64,000 bases of DNA from an uncultured Candidatus Binatia bacterium (GTDB taxonomy: Bacteria > Desulfobacterota > Binatia > Bin18): NCBI GenBank assembly GCA_965214605.1, contig OZ243961.1:3904001-3968000 (forward strand), in the 5' to 3' direction. Under the pieces are notes generated by a model that was not told where the DNA came from, searched no databases, and saw only the letters and a program-made list of their open reading frames with translations. The position numbers and the translations under genes are program-made. Shown here in pieces: positions 18,754 to 29,789 of the stretch. The first letter of the stretch is position 1; every line of letters begins with the position of its first letter.

Positions 18754-21700
18754 GTTTCAATCTCCTACGGAGCTTTGGATTCGTTTCGACGTCCGCCGGG
18801 TCGATCAGCCCACGACGAATCATTTCGTTTCAATCTCCTACGGAGCTTTGGGTTCGTTTCGACCGCAAAGACCCAGAGAAGTTCGGGTATAAAATTGTTC
18901 CGTTTCAATCTCCTACGGAGCTTTGGGTTCGTTTCGACGAACATATTTTTGATGGGAAAAATACTTTAGTATTGTTTCAATCTCCTACGGAGCTTTGGGT
19001 TCGTTTCGACCAGAAGAAGGCTATCACGCCTGGGGACAACTTTTATTTCGTTTCAATCTCCTACGGAGCTTTGGGTTCGTTTCGACCCTGTTTTTCCCAG
19101 AACGGGGAAACCCGGTACTACGTGTTTCAATCTCCTACGGAGCTTTGGGTTCGTTTCGACTGTCTGTCTCAAGCGGCACGATCAGCCGCTTGTCATAGTT
19201 TCAATCTCCTACGGAGCTTTGGGTTCGTTTCGACCTTGAGGGTCTTCACGACCCGGTCAATAATGGTGAGGGTTTCAATCTCCTACGGAGCTTTGGGTTC
19301 GTTTCGACCGCCATGGAGCGCGGCGCGTCGAATAAGTATCCGACGGTTTCAATCTCCTACGGAGCTTTGGGTTCGTTTCGACCCTAGCCCTGGTCCCTCC
19401 TGCTCCAGCCCTCCCTGCTGTTTCAATCTCCTACGGAGCTTTGGGTTCGTTTCGACTCCCCCTGAAGCCCTTTTTGTGGGCTTCACGAGTCAGTTTCAAT
19501 CTCCTACGGAGCTTTGGGTTCGTTTCGACCCTAGAGCCAGCCAAAAGGAGATAACTATGGTTAATTGGTTTCAATCTCCTACGGAGCTTTGGGTTCGTTT
19601 CGACCGCCGAGCGGGAACTGCAAAAGCACTATCAGCTTGTTTCAATCTCCTACGGAGCTTTGGGTTCGTTTCGACCTTGAATGTGACTTAAGAGCTTGGT
19701 TCACCTACTTCTGTTTCAATCTCCTACGGAGCTTTGGGTTCGTTTCGACCAGGGACAGGGTGAGCAGAGAAGATCAGCTCGTTGAGGGTTTCAATCTCCT
19801 ACGGAGCTTTGGGTTCGTTTCGACGTCTCCCGCTCACCCTCCCTCCAACGAGTCGGCCCTGTTTCAATCTCCTACGGAGCTTTGGGTTCGTTTCGACTGC
19901 TCACTCCCTGCTCACTCCCTCCTTGGCTCACCCTGTTTCAATCTCCTACGGAGCTTTGGGTTCGTTTCGACGTCTCCCGCTCACCCTCCCTCCAACGAGT
20001 CGGCCCTGTTTCAATCTCCTACGGAGCTTTGGGTTCGTTTCGACCTCACGAAATGTTCCAACTCTTGCTTTGTCTACATCAGGTTTCAATCTCCTACGGA
20101 GCTTTGGGTTCGTTTCGACCTGGTAATCCCGCCAGCTCTTGCGCGGGCCTTTATAAATGGTTTCAATCTCCTACGGAGCTTTGGGTTCGTTTCGACATAG
20201 TCCCCTCACCGATAGGTAAAGCCGAGAATGCCAGTTTCAATCTCCTACGGAGCTTTGGGTTCGTTTCGACCCTGCAGTTTGTCGCGGACCGGCTGGGAGT
20301 GCGACCGGTTTCAATCTCCTACGGAGCTTTGGGTTCGTTTCGACCGGCGGTTCCGCGTTGCTTGGAGCCCGGGTACCCCCGAGTTTCAATCTCCTACGGA
20401 GCTTTGGGTTCGTTTCGACCCCCAGAACCCGGGTTATGCCCTGTCCGGCGAACTGAAGTTTCAATCTCCTACGGAGCTTTGGGTTCGTTTCGACCCACAG
20501 CGCCTGCTGGCCAACCACCTGGCCGCGTGACCGTTTCAATCTCCTACGGAGCTTTGGGTTCGTTTCGACCCGCAGGAGTGAGGTCGCCGGCCAAATTGCC
20601 CGTGCGAGTTTCAATCTCCTACGGAGCTTTGGGTTCGTTTCGACCCCTGTGAAGCCTCCACCCCAAGGCAAGGCACTCGCCTCAAGTTTCAATCTCCTAC
20701 GGAGCTTTGGGTTCGTTTCGACCCAATGCGTTCAACACCTCGTACACGCAAAATATCGTCGCGTTTCAATCTCCTACGGAGCTTTGGGTTCGTTTCGACC
20801 CCCGGGCAGCTCGTCATCTCAAGCCGCTATCTCGAGCGGTTTCAATCTCCTACGGAGCTTTGGGTTCGTTTCGACCCACCGGACAATATGACCGGTTGGC
20901 GGATGCCATAGTAGTTTCAATCTCCTACGGAGCTTTGGGTTCGTTTCGACCCCCTGGGGTAAGGTCCCCAGCAAGGTTACCAGTACGAGTTTCAATCTCC
21001 TACGGAGCTTTGGGTTCGTTTCGACCCCGACATAAGTAGCGTGGGTCTCAAGGCCAAGAAGGTTTCAATCTCCTACGGAGCTTTGGGTTCGTTTCGACTT
21101 GCTGCTCTGTGTAGGGTTGTCGGCCCAACTCAAGTTTCAATCTCCTACGGAGCTTTGGGTTCGTTTCGACGCCGAAGCTCTCGATGGCCTCGTTGGCGTC
21201 GCCGCGTTTCAATCTCCTACGGAGCTTTGGGTTCGTTTCGACCCCCAGACGGCCGCTGAGGCCGAAAAATCGGTATCGGTTTCAATCTCCTACGGAGCTT
21301 TGGGTTCGTTTCGACCGAACGCGGATAGGGAGCTCGCCTCTCTGCCGCGAGGCGTTTCAATCTCCTACGGAGCTTTGGGTTCGTTTCGACCCAGTTGAAA
21401 AGTTGATAATCCGGCCACGATCGCCAAAGTTTCAATCTCCTACGGAGCTTTGGGTTCGTTTCGACCCCAACTCCCCGAGTTCCATGGCCAAGTTCGCGGT
21501 CGCGTTTCAATCTCCTACGGAGCTTTGGGTTCGTTTCGACCCCAAGCGCGTCCGCCGCGTTCTTGACACGTATGGATGTTTCAATCTCCTACGGAGCTTT
21601 GGGTTCGTTTCGACCCCGCCCCCGCACTCCGCCCCACGTCGAACCCAGATCAGTTTCAATCTCCTACGGAGCTTTGGGTTCGTTTCGACCCGTCCCGAGG

Positions 21701-24384
21701 CGATCAACCAACTCACCCTTACCCTAGGTTTCAATCTCCTACGGAGCTTTGGGTTCGTTTCGACCTCACATCATTCCGTTACGCGTTTGACGGTCCATTC
21801 GGTTTCAATCTCCTACGGAGCTTTGGGTTCGTTTCGACCGCGATGTGGCTCCAGCCTGCGAGCAGCTTGCTCTTAGTTTCAATCTCCTACGGAGCTTTGG
21901 GTTCGTTTCGACCCCATGATATCAGGGCTGCTGGGTGTCCCGGCGGTCCGGTTTCAATCTCCTACGGAGCTTTGGGTTCGTTTCGACCCTCTGAGTTGCC
22001 TCTCTCACGCGTATGCGTGTTTTGTTTCAATCTCCTACGGAGCTTTGGGTTCGTTTCGACCCCGGCGCGTCACCCGGGCACCGCAAGGGGACGAGCTCGT
22101 TTCAATCTCCTACGGAGCTTTGGGTTCGTTTCGACCCTGGCCGATCGTAGTGCGGCCGGACGTCTTTGTCCGTGTTTCAATCTCCTACGGAGCTTTGGGT
22201 TCGTTTCGACCCTGCCAGAACTCCACGCACCATCCGTTGTTTTTCTGCCGTTTCAATCTCCTACGGAGCTTTGGGTTCGTTTCGACCCTCGAACCGCTGC
22301 GGGAGCGTAAACTGGCCGTTCGACGTTTCAATCTCCTACGGAGCTTTGGGTTCGTTTCGACCCCGGCCTGCAAGGCCGCCGCGGCCTCGTCACAGCGCGG
22401 TTTCAATCTCCTACGGAGCTTTGGGTTCGTTTCGACCCGGGAGGGAGCTCCTCCCGGTAGAGGTCATTCTTCCGGTTTCAATCTCCTACGGAGCTTTGGG
22501 TTCGTTTCGACGCCGCGACACAAGCCGAACCCTTTGTCTGGAGGATTCGTTTCAATCTCCTACGGAGCTTTGGGTTCGTTTCGACTCAACGCCGTACTCA
22601 CAACGGAGATGGTGATCGCAATGTTTCAATCTCCTACGGAGCTTTGGGTTCGTTTCGACCTCGCTTAAATCGTTCTTGGTGTTGTCTAGCCTGGTGTTTC
22701 AATCTCCTACGGAGCTTTGGGTTCGTTTCGACCCAAGCAGAATCCTCGCATTATCACGTTGCTTGATTTGATTGTTTCAATCTCCTACGGAGCTTTGGGT
22801 TCGTTTCGACCACACTATGCCCGCGGGGAATATGAAAAAGCAAAAGAGTTTCAATCTCCTACGGAGCTTTGGGTTCGTTTCGACCCCCGGAACAGGTCGA
22901 TGTGTTTATGTGCTTTAATGGAGGTTTCAATCTCCTACGGAGCTTTGGGTTCGTTTCGACCCATGCCCGGTCGGACACCGCTGTGGGCATTCGTGAGCAT
23001 GTTTCAATCTCCTACGGAGCTTTGGGTTCGTTTCGACCCCAAATAAGCGGATGTACGACGGCAATCTACTATTCAGTTTCAATCTCCTACGGAGCTTTGG
23101 GTTCGTTTCGACCCCAATCTCCAGAAAGTCTATGTGCTCTTGCCGTCACGAGTTTCAATCTCCTACGGAGCTTTGGGTTCGTTTCGACCCTCCGATTACG
23201 GAGGCTTAAGCAGTCGGTTAGAATGTGTTTCAATCTCCTACGGAGCTTTGGGTTCGTTTCGACCAACTGTTTAACCTTGCACGGGCATAGTGTGGATTAT
23301 GTTTCAATCTCCTACGGAGCTTTGGGTTCGTTTCGACCCAGGATGTTGCCGGCCGCGTCTTTCTGGCTGATCTGTTTCAATCTCCTACGGAGCTTTGGGT
23401 TCGTTTCGACCGGACAGAGCAGCGTATATATAGGTATAGGAAAGGAGGTTTCAATCTCCTACGGAGCTTTGGGTTCGTTTCGACCCCTTCGCAATCTGGA
23501 TGCCATCGGAACGTTAATCGGGTTTCAATCTCCTACGGAGCTTTGGGTTCGTTTCGACCCACGGTAATTGAGAAGACAACTAATCCCCCCCGAGTATAGT
23601 TTCAATCTCCTACGGAGCTTTGGGTTCGTTTCGACCCGCCATCGCACGGCCCATCCCCAGGGGGTCGACAGGTTTCAATCTCCTACGGAGCTTTGGGTTC
23701 GTTTCGACCCCCCCCCGCGATGCCCCGGGACAATTCCGCCTTCGTGGGGTTTCAATCTCCTACGGAGCTTTGGGTTCGTTTCGACCCCTGATGAACAACC
23801 GACACGAGGATCGCAAAAGGTTGTTGTTTCAATCTCCTACGGAGCTTTGGGTTCGTTTCGACCGTGGAAGAGCAATAAAAATCGATTCTCCCTGCCTGAG
23901 TTTCAATCTCCTACGGAGCTTTGGGTTCGTTTCGACCGAAACCACATCGACACCAAAGACCATCTTGAACTCGGTTTCAATCTCCTACGGAGCTTTGGGT
24001 TCGTTTCGACCCCCCGGCCACAGGTCCGGCGGTGACGGCGGATCATGCTCGTTTCAATCTCCTACGGAGCTTTGGGTTCGTTTCGACCCCGGCTCAGGCG
24101 CCGGCTCAGGAGGCTCCCCATAAAGTTTCAATCTCCTACGGAGCTTTGGGTTCGTTTCGACCCAGGGCATCCCAGGTCGGCCGCGTCCTGGAGCCAGGGT
24201 TTCAATCTCCTACGGAGCTTTGGGTTCGTTTCGACCCATGATCTCTATCGGTCGGACACGGGGCCCACGGTGGTTTCAATCTCCTACGGAGCTTTGGGTT
24301 CGTTTCGACCCCGTCCATACCTGGCCCGGCTCGAGATTCAAAAGGCGGTTTCAATCTCCTACGGAGCTTTGGGTTCGTTTCGAC
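18754..24384 (-). CRISPR. CRISPR array, 76 repeats / 75 spacers; 37-nt repeat GTCGAAACGAACCCAAAGCTCCGTAGGAGATTGAAAC
   Basis: Repeats counted by hand; spacers 34-41 nt; ATTGAAAC 3' handle on minus strand; variant terminal repeat at 18754; leader toward cas2. Confidence 0.99.
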
Positions 24385-24583
24385 CCCCCCTAGGGCATTT
24401 TTCTTGTAAAATCAGGATCTTAAGGACCCTTTGGCGCGGGTCGCTGGTTTTCAGATGAATTTCTGAGCCTCTCCTCCCTACCTTTGGCAGTTGCATCTTC
24501 TCAACTCCTTGATCCTTCGGTATTTTCAAATAAACGCGGATCTACCCATATTTGATCAACAGCTTCGATACGCGCTGGATGAG
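24385..24583 (-). promoter_or_regulatory. CRISPR leader
   Basis: AT-rich non-coding region between cas2 and the first repeat; ends in G6 (24385-24390). Confidence 0.85.
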
Positions 24584-24859
24584 CTAGATAATGACCGCTC
24601 CTTCTTTTCGCGGTTTTTCTCCGCCTATACGTTTGATTTGTTGTTTGCAATGCTCACACAGAAAATAGAAGCGCACGCTATCATCCTCGCCCGGCCTGAT
24701 GAATTCGTTCAACCGGTCCTTTAAACGCGCCAGGTTCATTTTGTCAAGTTCACACTCAAAAACGCTATACTGCATCCACTGACCAAAATTCTTGAGCGTC
24801 TTAAAAACACGATTGCGTCGTTTGTCGCTGCGGATATCGTACGAGATGATAACAAACAT
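24584..24859 (-). CDS. cas2: CRISPR-associated endonuclease Cas2
   Basis: ISYDI...QYSVFEC...DSVRFY. Confidence 0.97.
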   Translation of the reverse strand: MFVIISYDIRSDKRRNRVFKTLKNFGQWMQYSVFECELDKMNLARLKDRLNEFIRPGEDDSVRFYFLCEHCKQQIKRIGGEKPRKEGAVII

Positions 24860-24882
24860 GCTCTTATTCCTTCCACTGAGTA

Positions 24883-25884
24883 TTATCGCACCACAAATGG
24901 CTCATACCGTTCGATCTCTCCCTGAACGCACTTGGCTAGGATGCGTGCCTGGAGTTCAAAACATCGTTGATATGTCGCGCGGTATGTAAACACCGGATGC
25001 TGTATTTCTGTTTGTTTGCGGACCTCGTATTGTGCTAGGAACTTCTTTCGTGCTTCTGGCTTGAGACGATGAACCTTTCCTAGGCTGACTTCGAAATCCG
25101 TAGTTTGAAGAACCCGCTTGTTGAGGCATGTTAAGACAACTGCGTCTACTACAATTGGGCGAAACTCCTCCATGAGATCCAAGGCCAATGACGGACGGCC
25201 ATACCGGTCGGCGTGCAAGTAACCGCAGTACGGATCAAACCCCAATACCTGTATAGCCGCGTGTATATCGCTGGCCAGCAGCGCATAACCAAAGCTGAGC
25301 AAAGCATTGACTGGGTCAGTCGGTGGCCGTCGCACGCGCTTTGGAAAAGAGACGCCCTCGGCTTTGATGAGCTGATTAAAGACGCTGAAATAGGCGGCTG
25401 AGCCCTCGCCCTCATGGCCACGCAGCGCGTCGAGATCTTCTGCACCCGCAAGGTGGCGTTCTGCTCGTCTGATTGTTTCCACGGTCCTATCAAGGTTCAA
25501 TCCTTCGGTATTGCGAGCCGCCCGTAATAATGTCACTCGAAGATTTGCTAGCTTGCCAGCAACAAATCCTCTGGCCAAAGTTAGGGTTCGATCCCGGTCA
25601 AAGGCCGCTACATATTGCGCCCGTCGAAGCAGCGAATTTTTGGACAAGGCGGGTTCAATGCGGCCGATATATCGGCCATGTTCCGTCAGATAAGTGAGGC
25701 AGACGCTTCTGTCCATCAAGGCCGCTACTGTGTGGGGTGTTACCGTTACCCGTCCCACTACCACGACCTGAGAAACTTTGAGCATGGGCAGGTCAAGTAG
25801 CTTTTTACCCTTGAGGGTGACCTTGAGGCGTTCATCTTCTTTGCGTAGTACCGAGTCCTGTTGAGTAAGATAGAGTGTAGACAT
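24883..25884 (-). CDS. cas1: CRISPR-associated endonuclease Cas1 (type I-D)
   Basis: MSTLYLTQQ start; RGHEG, RRPPTDPVNALLSFGY, LDLMEEFRP. Confidence 0.97.
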   Translation of the reverse strand: MSTLYLTQQDSVLRKEDERLKVTLKGKKLLDLPMLKVSQVVVVGRVTVTPHTVAALMDRSVCLTYLTEHGRYIGRIEPALSKNSLLRRAQYVAAFDRDRTLTLARGFVAGKLANLRVTLLRAARNTEGLNLDRTVETIRRAERHLAGAEDLDALRGHEGEGSAAYFSVFNQLIKAEGVSFPKRVRRPPTDPVNALLSFGYALLASDIHAAIQVLGFDPYCGYLHADRYGRPSLALDLMEEFRPIVVDAVVLTCLNKRVLQTTDFEVSLGKVHRLKPEARKKFLAQYEVRKQTEIQHPVFTYRATYQRCFELQARILAKCVQGEIERYEPFVVR

Positions 25885-25910
25885 AGGAAGAGGCTGTAGA
25901 CTGTGGGGAT

Positions 25911-26507
25911 TTACTCCTTGCTCGAGGGAGTCCGACCGCTCTGTAGCCGAGCGGTCTCTTTTGGAAGACAGAGGCCGTGTAAGCTGCAACCCTCGCAACG
26001 GGGAGTATAGGGGTTTGGTGGGCGCTGGCCGGACTCAATTAGCCGACGAACGACGCTAATCGTCTCAATTGTTTGCCGACGTAACATTTTGGTAAACTGC
26101 ACCTCCTTGCGTCGCCCTGTGGAGGCATAAAACAGATAGCCTTTTGGAATCTCCTGCCCCTGCATCTCCTCAAGACACAGGGCTTGAGCGCAGAGCTGGA
26201 GCTCATCGTTCGTCCACTTTCCGCGTCGACCTTTTTTGTGTTCAACCGGATAGAGCAAACCCGCTTTCTCTTCAATAACATCGGCCTTTCCGGTGAGACC
26301 GTAGGCATGAGAGTAGAGATATACGCTACGAAGCTGCAAGATGTCGTCCCGTCTGGTCGTTTCGTCAGAGTGCGAACGAGTGTGTTGAAGCGTGCCTTCT
26401 ACTGTATGTTCGTTGTCGAGAAAGGTATTTTCAACGAACAGATAATAACACCTCCGGGGGCAGTATTCGTATTGGTTCAAAGCAGAGATGTAGATGTAAT
26501 CGTCCAT
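25911..26507 (-). CDS. cas4: CRISPR-associated protein Cas4
   Basis: YCPR, GKADVIE, PVEHK, QLCAQ, CEGCSLHGLC Fe-S cysteines. Confidence 0.96.
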   Translation of the reverse strand: MDDYIYISALNQYEYCPRRCYYLFVENTFLDNEHTVEGTLQHTRSHSDETTRRDDILQLRSVYLYSHAYGLTGKADVIEEKAGLLYPVEHKKGRRGKWTNDELQLCAQALCLEEMQGQEIPKGYLFYASTGRRKEVQFTKMLRRQTIETISVVRRLIESGQRPPNPYTPRCEGCSLHGLCLPKETARLQSGRTPSSKE

Positions 26508-26522
26508 AAGAGAACCTGTCGC

Positions 26523-27377
26523 TTAAGCCCTAATCCTCCGAGCCATTCCAAAGCCCATCGTCGTGCGCGCGCCAATACCAGAGAAGAAGGCCAGATCGGC
26601 AAGCGCGTTGAGTTGCTTGTTTAGCTCTCCTATGGCGCTGCCGCACAAGCGGAAATGGCAGGTGCCAACGAATCCAGGAAACCCTGTCGTGCGGTATTGT
26701 CCGTCGGCCCTTGGAAACACGAGCCGTGCCTGCTGCGATGAAATGCGGTGGGACATCATTTCCAGATTATGAGCAAAGATATCTTTCAGCAGCGCTTCAT
26801 CAGGAAAGGGTAGGGGAGAGAACTGGTTCCAGTTTTGGAGCAGGCTACCAAAAAGCAACTCCGGTAAGGGGAGGGGAACCATCAAATCCGGGTAGGCGGC
26901 CCCCCCCCCACGTTTGAAGAACGTTGGCGTGACAAAGTGGAAGGAAAAGAGTTTTTCTTCCACTGAGGCCTGGTCGTATATATCCTCAAAAGAACAACAG
27001 CCCGCCCAAGCTTCATTGCTGTGTGGAGTGCTCAGAATACGGGCGACTGTCAAGTCCGTCCGGACCAGCTCAAGCCTGAGAGCTGGCGCAGTCAGAAAAT
27101 AACGGGATAGAAGAGGATAGATCGCATCATCCAGAAAGGTGAATCGAATTCTCAGTTCCTCGCCTGCACGTATCTTCTCTGCCCGCCGCTGACGATCGTC
27201 CAGCAGAAGAGTAGTGGAAAAGGGCTTGAGCCCGGATATATCATGGACCTCATCCCCTTTGGCTACGCTTGCCTTTTGGAGCAGTTCATAAAAGATACCG
27301 TGCAGGATCTTACCCTGGGTGTGAAGCACGGGCATATCCGTACTGGGGAAGGCGTAAATGACGAGGGCGTAGGGCAT
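26523..27377 (-). CDS. cas6: CRISPR-associated endoribonuclease Cas6
   Basis: FVTPTFF, PLPLPELLFGSL, C-terminal GIGARTTMGFG loop. Confidence 0.95.
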   Translation of the reverse strand: MPYALVIYAFPSTDMPVLHTQGKILHGIFYELLQKASVAKGDEVHDISGLKPFSTTLLLDDRQRRAEKIRAGEELRIRFTFLDDAIYPLLSRYFLTAPALRLELVRTDLTVARILSTPHSNEAWAGCCSFEDIYDQASVEEKLFSFHFVTPTFFKRGGGAAYPDLMVPLPLPELLFGSLLQNWNQFSPLPFPDEALLKDIFAHNLEMMSHRISSQQARLVFPRADGQYRTTGFPGFVGTCHFRLCGSAIGELNKQLNALADLAFFSGIGARTTMGFGMARRIRA

Positions 27378-27443
27378 GATTAAATCTCCTGAAAAGTTTA
27401 AAAATTTTTTCGCTGGCTACAAAGAACCCTATAGCTTCACTCA

Positions 27444-29789
27444 CTATGCTATCCACCACTCTCCCGTCTGTCGTTTGAGCGACCAACCATAACGACCCAT
27501 GACCTTATAACCATCTAAGCCATCTAGAAGGCGGAGTTTTCTTGGAGGGGAACAATCTTCTGCAAAGGTGATGTTGAGATCCGTATAATGAATTCCCTCC
27601 CGGATAAGCCTGCCCCATTGCCAGGGCTTGAGATCATCAGTATCAAGAATAAAGCAGGGGATGTAGCGTGTAGAGAGGACCTCGGTCATCCGATCTAGAT
27701 CTGGAATGGGAACAATTGCTCCCTGTTGTTTCAGACTGAGGGAGAGCTTCGGAAGGGCGGTTGGCTTTTTCGTATAACGCCTCCGAAAATCTCTCCAGCT
27801 ACCTTCAAAATGCCGTATCCAGCTTACCTGTAAAGGCTGATCTAGGATGTCCCGGAGGATAACCTTGAGGTTGCCTTTCTCGGGATGCGACTCTGCCTTG
27901 AGCCGCCAAGAGTAGAATCGGAGGAGGTGAAAAAGCCTGAGTTGTACAGTCTCGCGGGCCGGTGATACCAATCCGTGCGGGTCGTCAGCCTCAATCTCTA
28001 TGCCAATGTCAGGGTTGCGAAAGCTGAATATTGGCCGAAGTGCGACCTCTTCACGGACAAGATAGTCACGAAGTTGTTCCCGGCCCCGGTCCGTGGATAG
28101 AATTTGTTCTACCTTGCCCTTGACCTCCTCTTTGCTTAGAACTAGTTCTCCTTCCTCTCGCGCATATTCGCGTAAAGCCCTGACTACCGCGGTGCCAGGT
28201 TTCATATTGGACTGCCGCAATTCCTGCTGCAAACGGCGGAAGTCCTGCAAACGGCGGATCTCTCCTTTCAGCCTCCGAAGGGTTCTTTTACTCGAAGGAG
28301 CGTAGACCCGCTTAATCCTGTCAAATGTCTGCTCAATGATGTCCCCGTTCTCTCCCAGCAGTCGTTGCATTTCTGATAGCGGTTGGGCCACCTCAAGCAG
28401 GGTATAGGAGCTAATGTATTCTGCAAATGAAGGGCGATGCATATCTCCATTTGCAGCTTCATGTAATAAACTCTTTAGTTCTGTCCGAGAAAGAGCAACG
28501 TCTTCTCCAATTTTTTCATGCAGTCTACGCCAGGGCTCGTCTGGGATGAAGGCAAATCCAAGAGATGGAGCGTCTTGAATTCGTTTGCCTAGGACGCGGC
28601 CTCCGCGTCCTAGGCGTTGCCAAAATTGATCTTCTAACAACGCCTCAAAACCCACAAAGTCGAGGTTTTGTTGATCCTTTGCTCGGCCCTCAAAGTTGAA
28701 ACCAATGTCTACCGTAGGCGTGGCAAGAAGGAGAGGTCTGAAACGAGCCTGTTTTCGTTCCTCCTTTCCCAGTGGGCCGGTTATTCTTCCGACATTCTGT
28801 ACCCCGAGTCTACGCTCGAACTTTCTGGCAAGACGATTCACACCATATAAGCTGTTGAGGAGAATTGCCCCATCGTTTTTTTGCTCAACCAGATTGGCAA
28901 TTTGTTCGATACAGGAGGAAAATTCTCTGGCTGCATCTCGCGTATACGGGAATAGCTCCAGCTCCAACTTGGTCAGGCTTTTGGTTGTCAGACGGTCAGG
29001 CACCGTTGCGGGTTCCGGATCCAATCTTTTGATCGAAATCCCTTCGTCGGCTAATCGCTCAACGAAGAGATTCAGATCCGAATCAGGCGTTGCTGTGAGC
29101 AAACAAATTTTTCTCCGCTCGGTTTGACTAGGCGCGAAGTAGCCAAACGCTTTGGACAGTAGAACAAAGAAGAGTAAGTTAGCGAATTGTTTAGCGTCGT
29201 AGTAGTGGACTTCGTCGATAATAATGTACTGAAACTTACTAATGAACTGCTCGGCGATATTGCGCTGGTCAAGGCGATTAAAGAGGTAGAAAATGCCGTA
29301 ATAAAACAGGTCAGGATTCGTCACCAGGACGAGAGGAGGCTTTGCGCTGCGTTGGGAGTTTTGTGCCTTCAGGACCAGTGATGGGTTGGTGAGAATCCGG
29401 TAGAACCGCTCGCCAGGTCTTTTTCCAAGGGTGTCGGGTAGCTCTCGCAAAAAAGCGGCATCCACGCTCTCCACAACATGAGGCAAGCCAGCGGTTGCGA
29501 TAAATTGCTTCACATCCTGAGCATGTTGTCTTACTAGTTCATTTACCGGAGCGATGAACAGGGTGTTGACCTGTGGGTGATTGAGGAGCCACAGAAGAGC
29601 AGCCTTCGTTTTGCCCGTACCAGTGGGGAAAGCATTGAGGACCATATCGTGCTCTGCCAGGGCCGAAACCGTGTCCATTTGATGTTGGAGGGGGGTGGGC
29701 AATACTCTGTGAATGTTGATCGGGACGGTCTCAGGTGCAGCAATTCGTTCATATTCTGCCCCAAGATGGATACGGATTGGTCTGGTCAT
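27444..29789 (-). CDS. cas3: type I-D helicase Cas3' (no HD domain)
   Basis: PTGTGKT, DEVH, TAT, TVDIGFNF, QRLGRGGR. Confidence 0.93.
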   Translation of the reverse strand: MTRPIRIHLGAEYERIAAPETVPINIHRVLPTPLQHQMDTVSALAEHDMVLNAFPTGTGKTKAALLWLLNHPQVNTLFIAPVNELVRQHAQDVKQFIATAGLPHVVESVDAAFLRELPDTLGKRPGERFYRILTNPSLVLKAQNSQRSAKPPLVLVTNPDLFYYGIFYLFNRLDQRNIAEQFISKFQYIIIDEVHYYDAKQFANLLFFVLLSKAFGYFAPSQTERRKICLLTATPDSDLNLFVERLADEGISIKRLDPEPATVPDRLTTKSLTKLELELFPYTRDAAREFSSCIEQIANLVEQKNDGAILLNSLYGVNRLARKFERRLGVQNVGRITGPLGKEERKQARFRPLLLATPTVDIGFNFEGRAKDQQNLDFVGFEALLEDQFWQRLGRGGRVLGKRIQDAPSLGFAFIPDEPWRRLHEKIGEDVALSRTELKSLLHEAANGDMHRPSFAEYISSYTLLEVAQPLSEMQRLLGENGDIIEQTFDRIKRVYAPSSKRTLRRLKGEIRRLQDFRRLQQELRQSNMKPGTAVVRALREYAREEGELVLSKEEVKGKVEQILSTDRGREQLRDYLVREEVALRPIFSFRNPDIGIEIEADDPHGLVSPARETVQLRLFHLLRFYSWRLKAESHPEKGNLKVILRDILDQPLQVSWIRHFEGSWRDFRRRYTKKPTALPKLSLSLKQQGAIVPIPDLDRMTEVLSTRYIPCFILDTDDLKPWQWGRLIREGIHYTDLNITFAEDCSPPRKLRLLDGLDGYKVMGRYGWSLKRQTGEWWIA

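Noticed and set aside
23709-23748. Resemblance of this spacer to the mini-array spacer 15482-15516
   Set aside because: Requires several gaps; consistent with chance in GC-rich sequence.
18754-24384. Self-targeting by main-array spacers within the window
   Set aside because: None noticed by eye; an exhaustive alignment was not possible.
18775-24458. Many ORFs across the array (FQSPTELWVRFD etc.)
   Set aside because: They are translations of CRISPR repeats, not genes.
25885-25998. N-terminal extension of Cas1 in the ORF track
   Set aside because: Overlaps the cas4 end; the canonical MSTLY start is at 25884.
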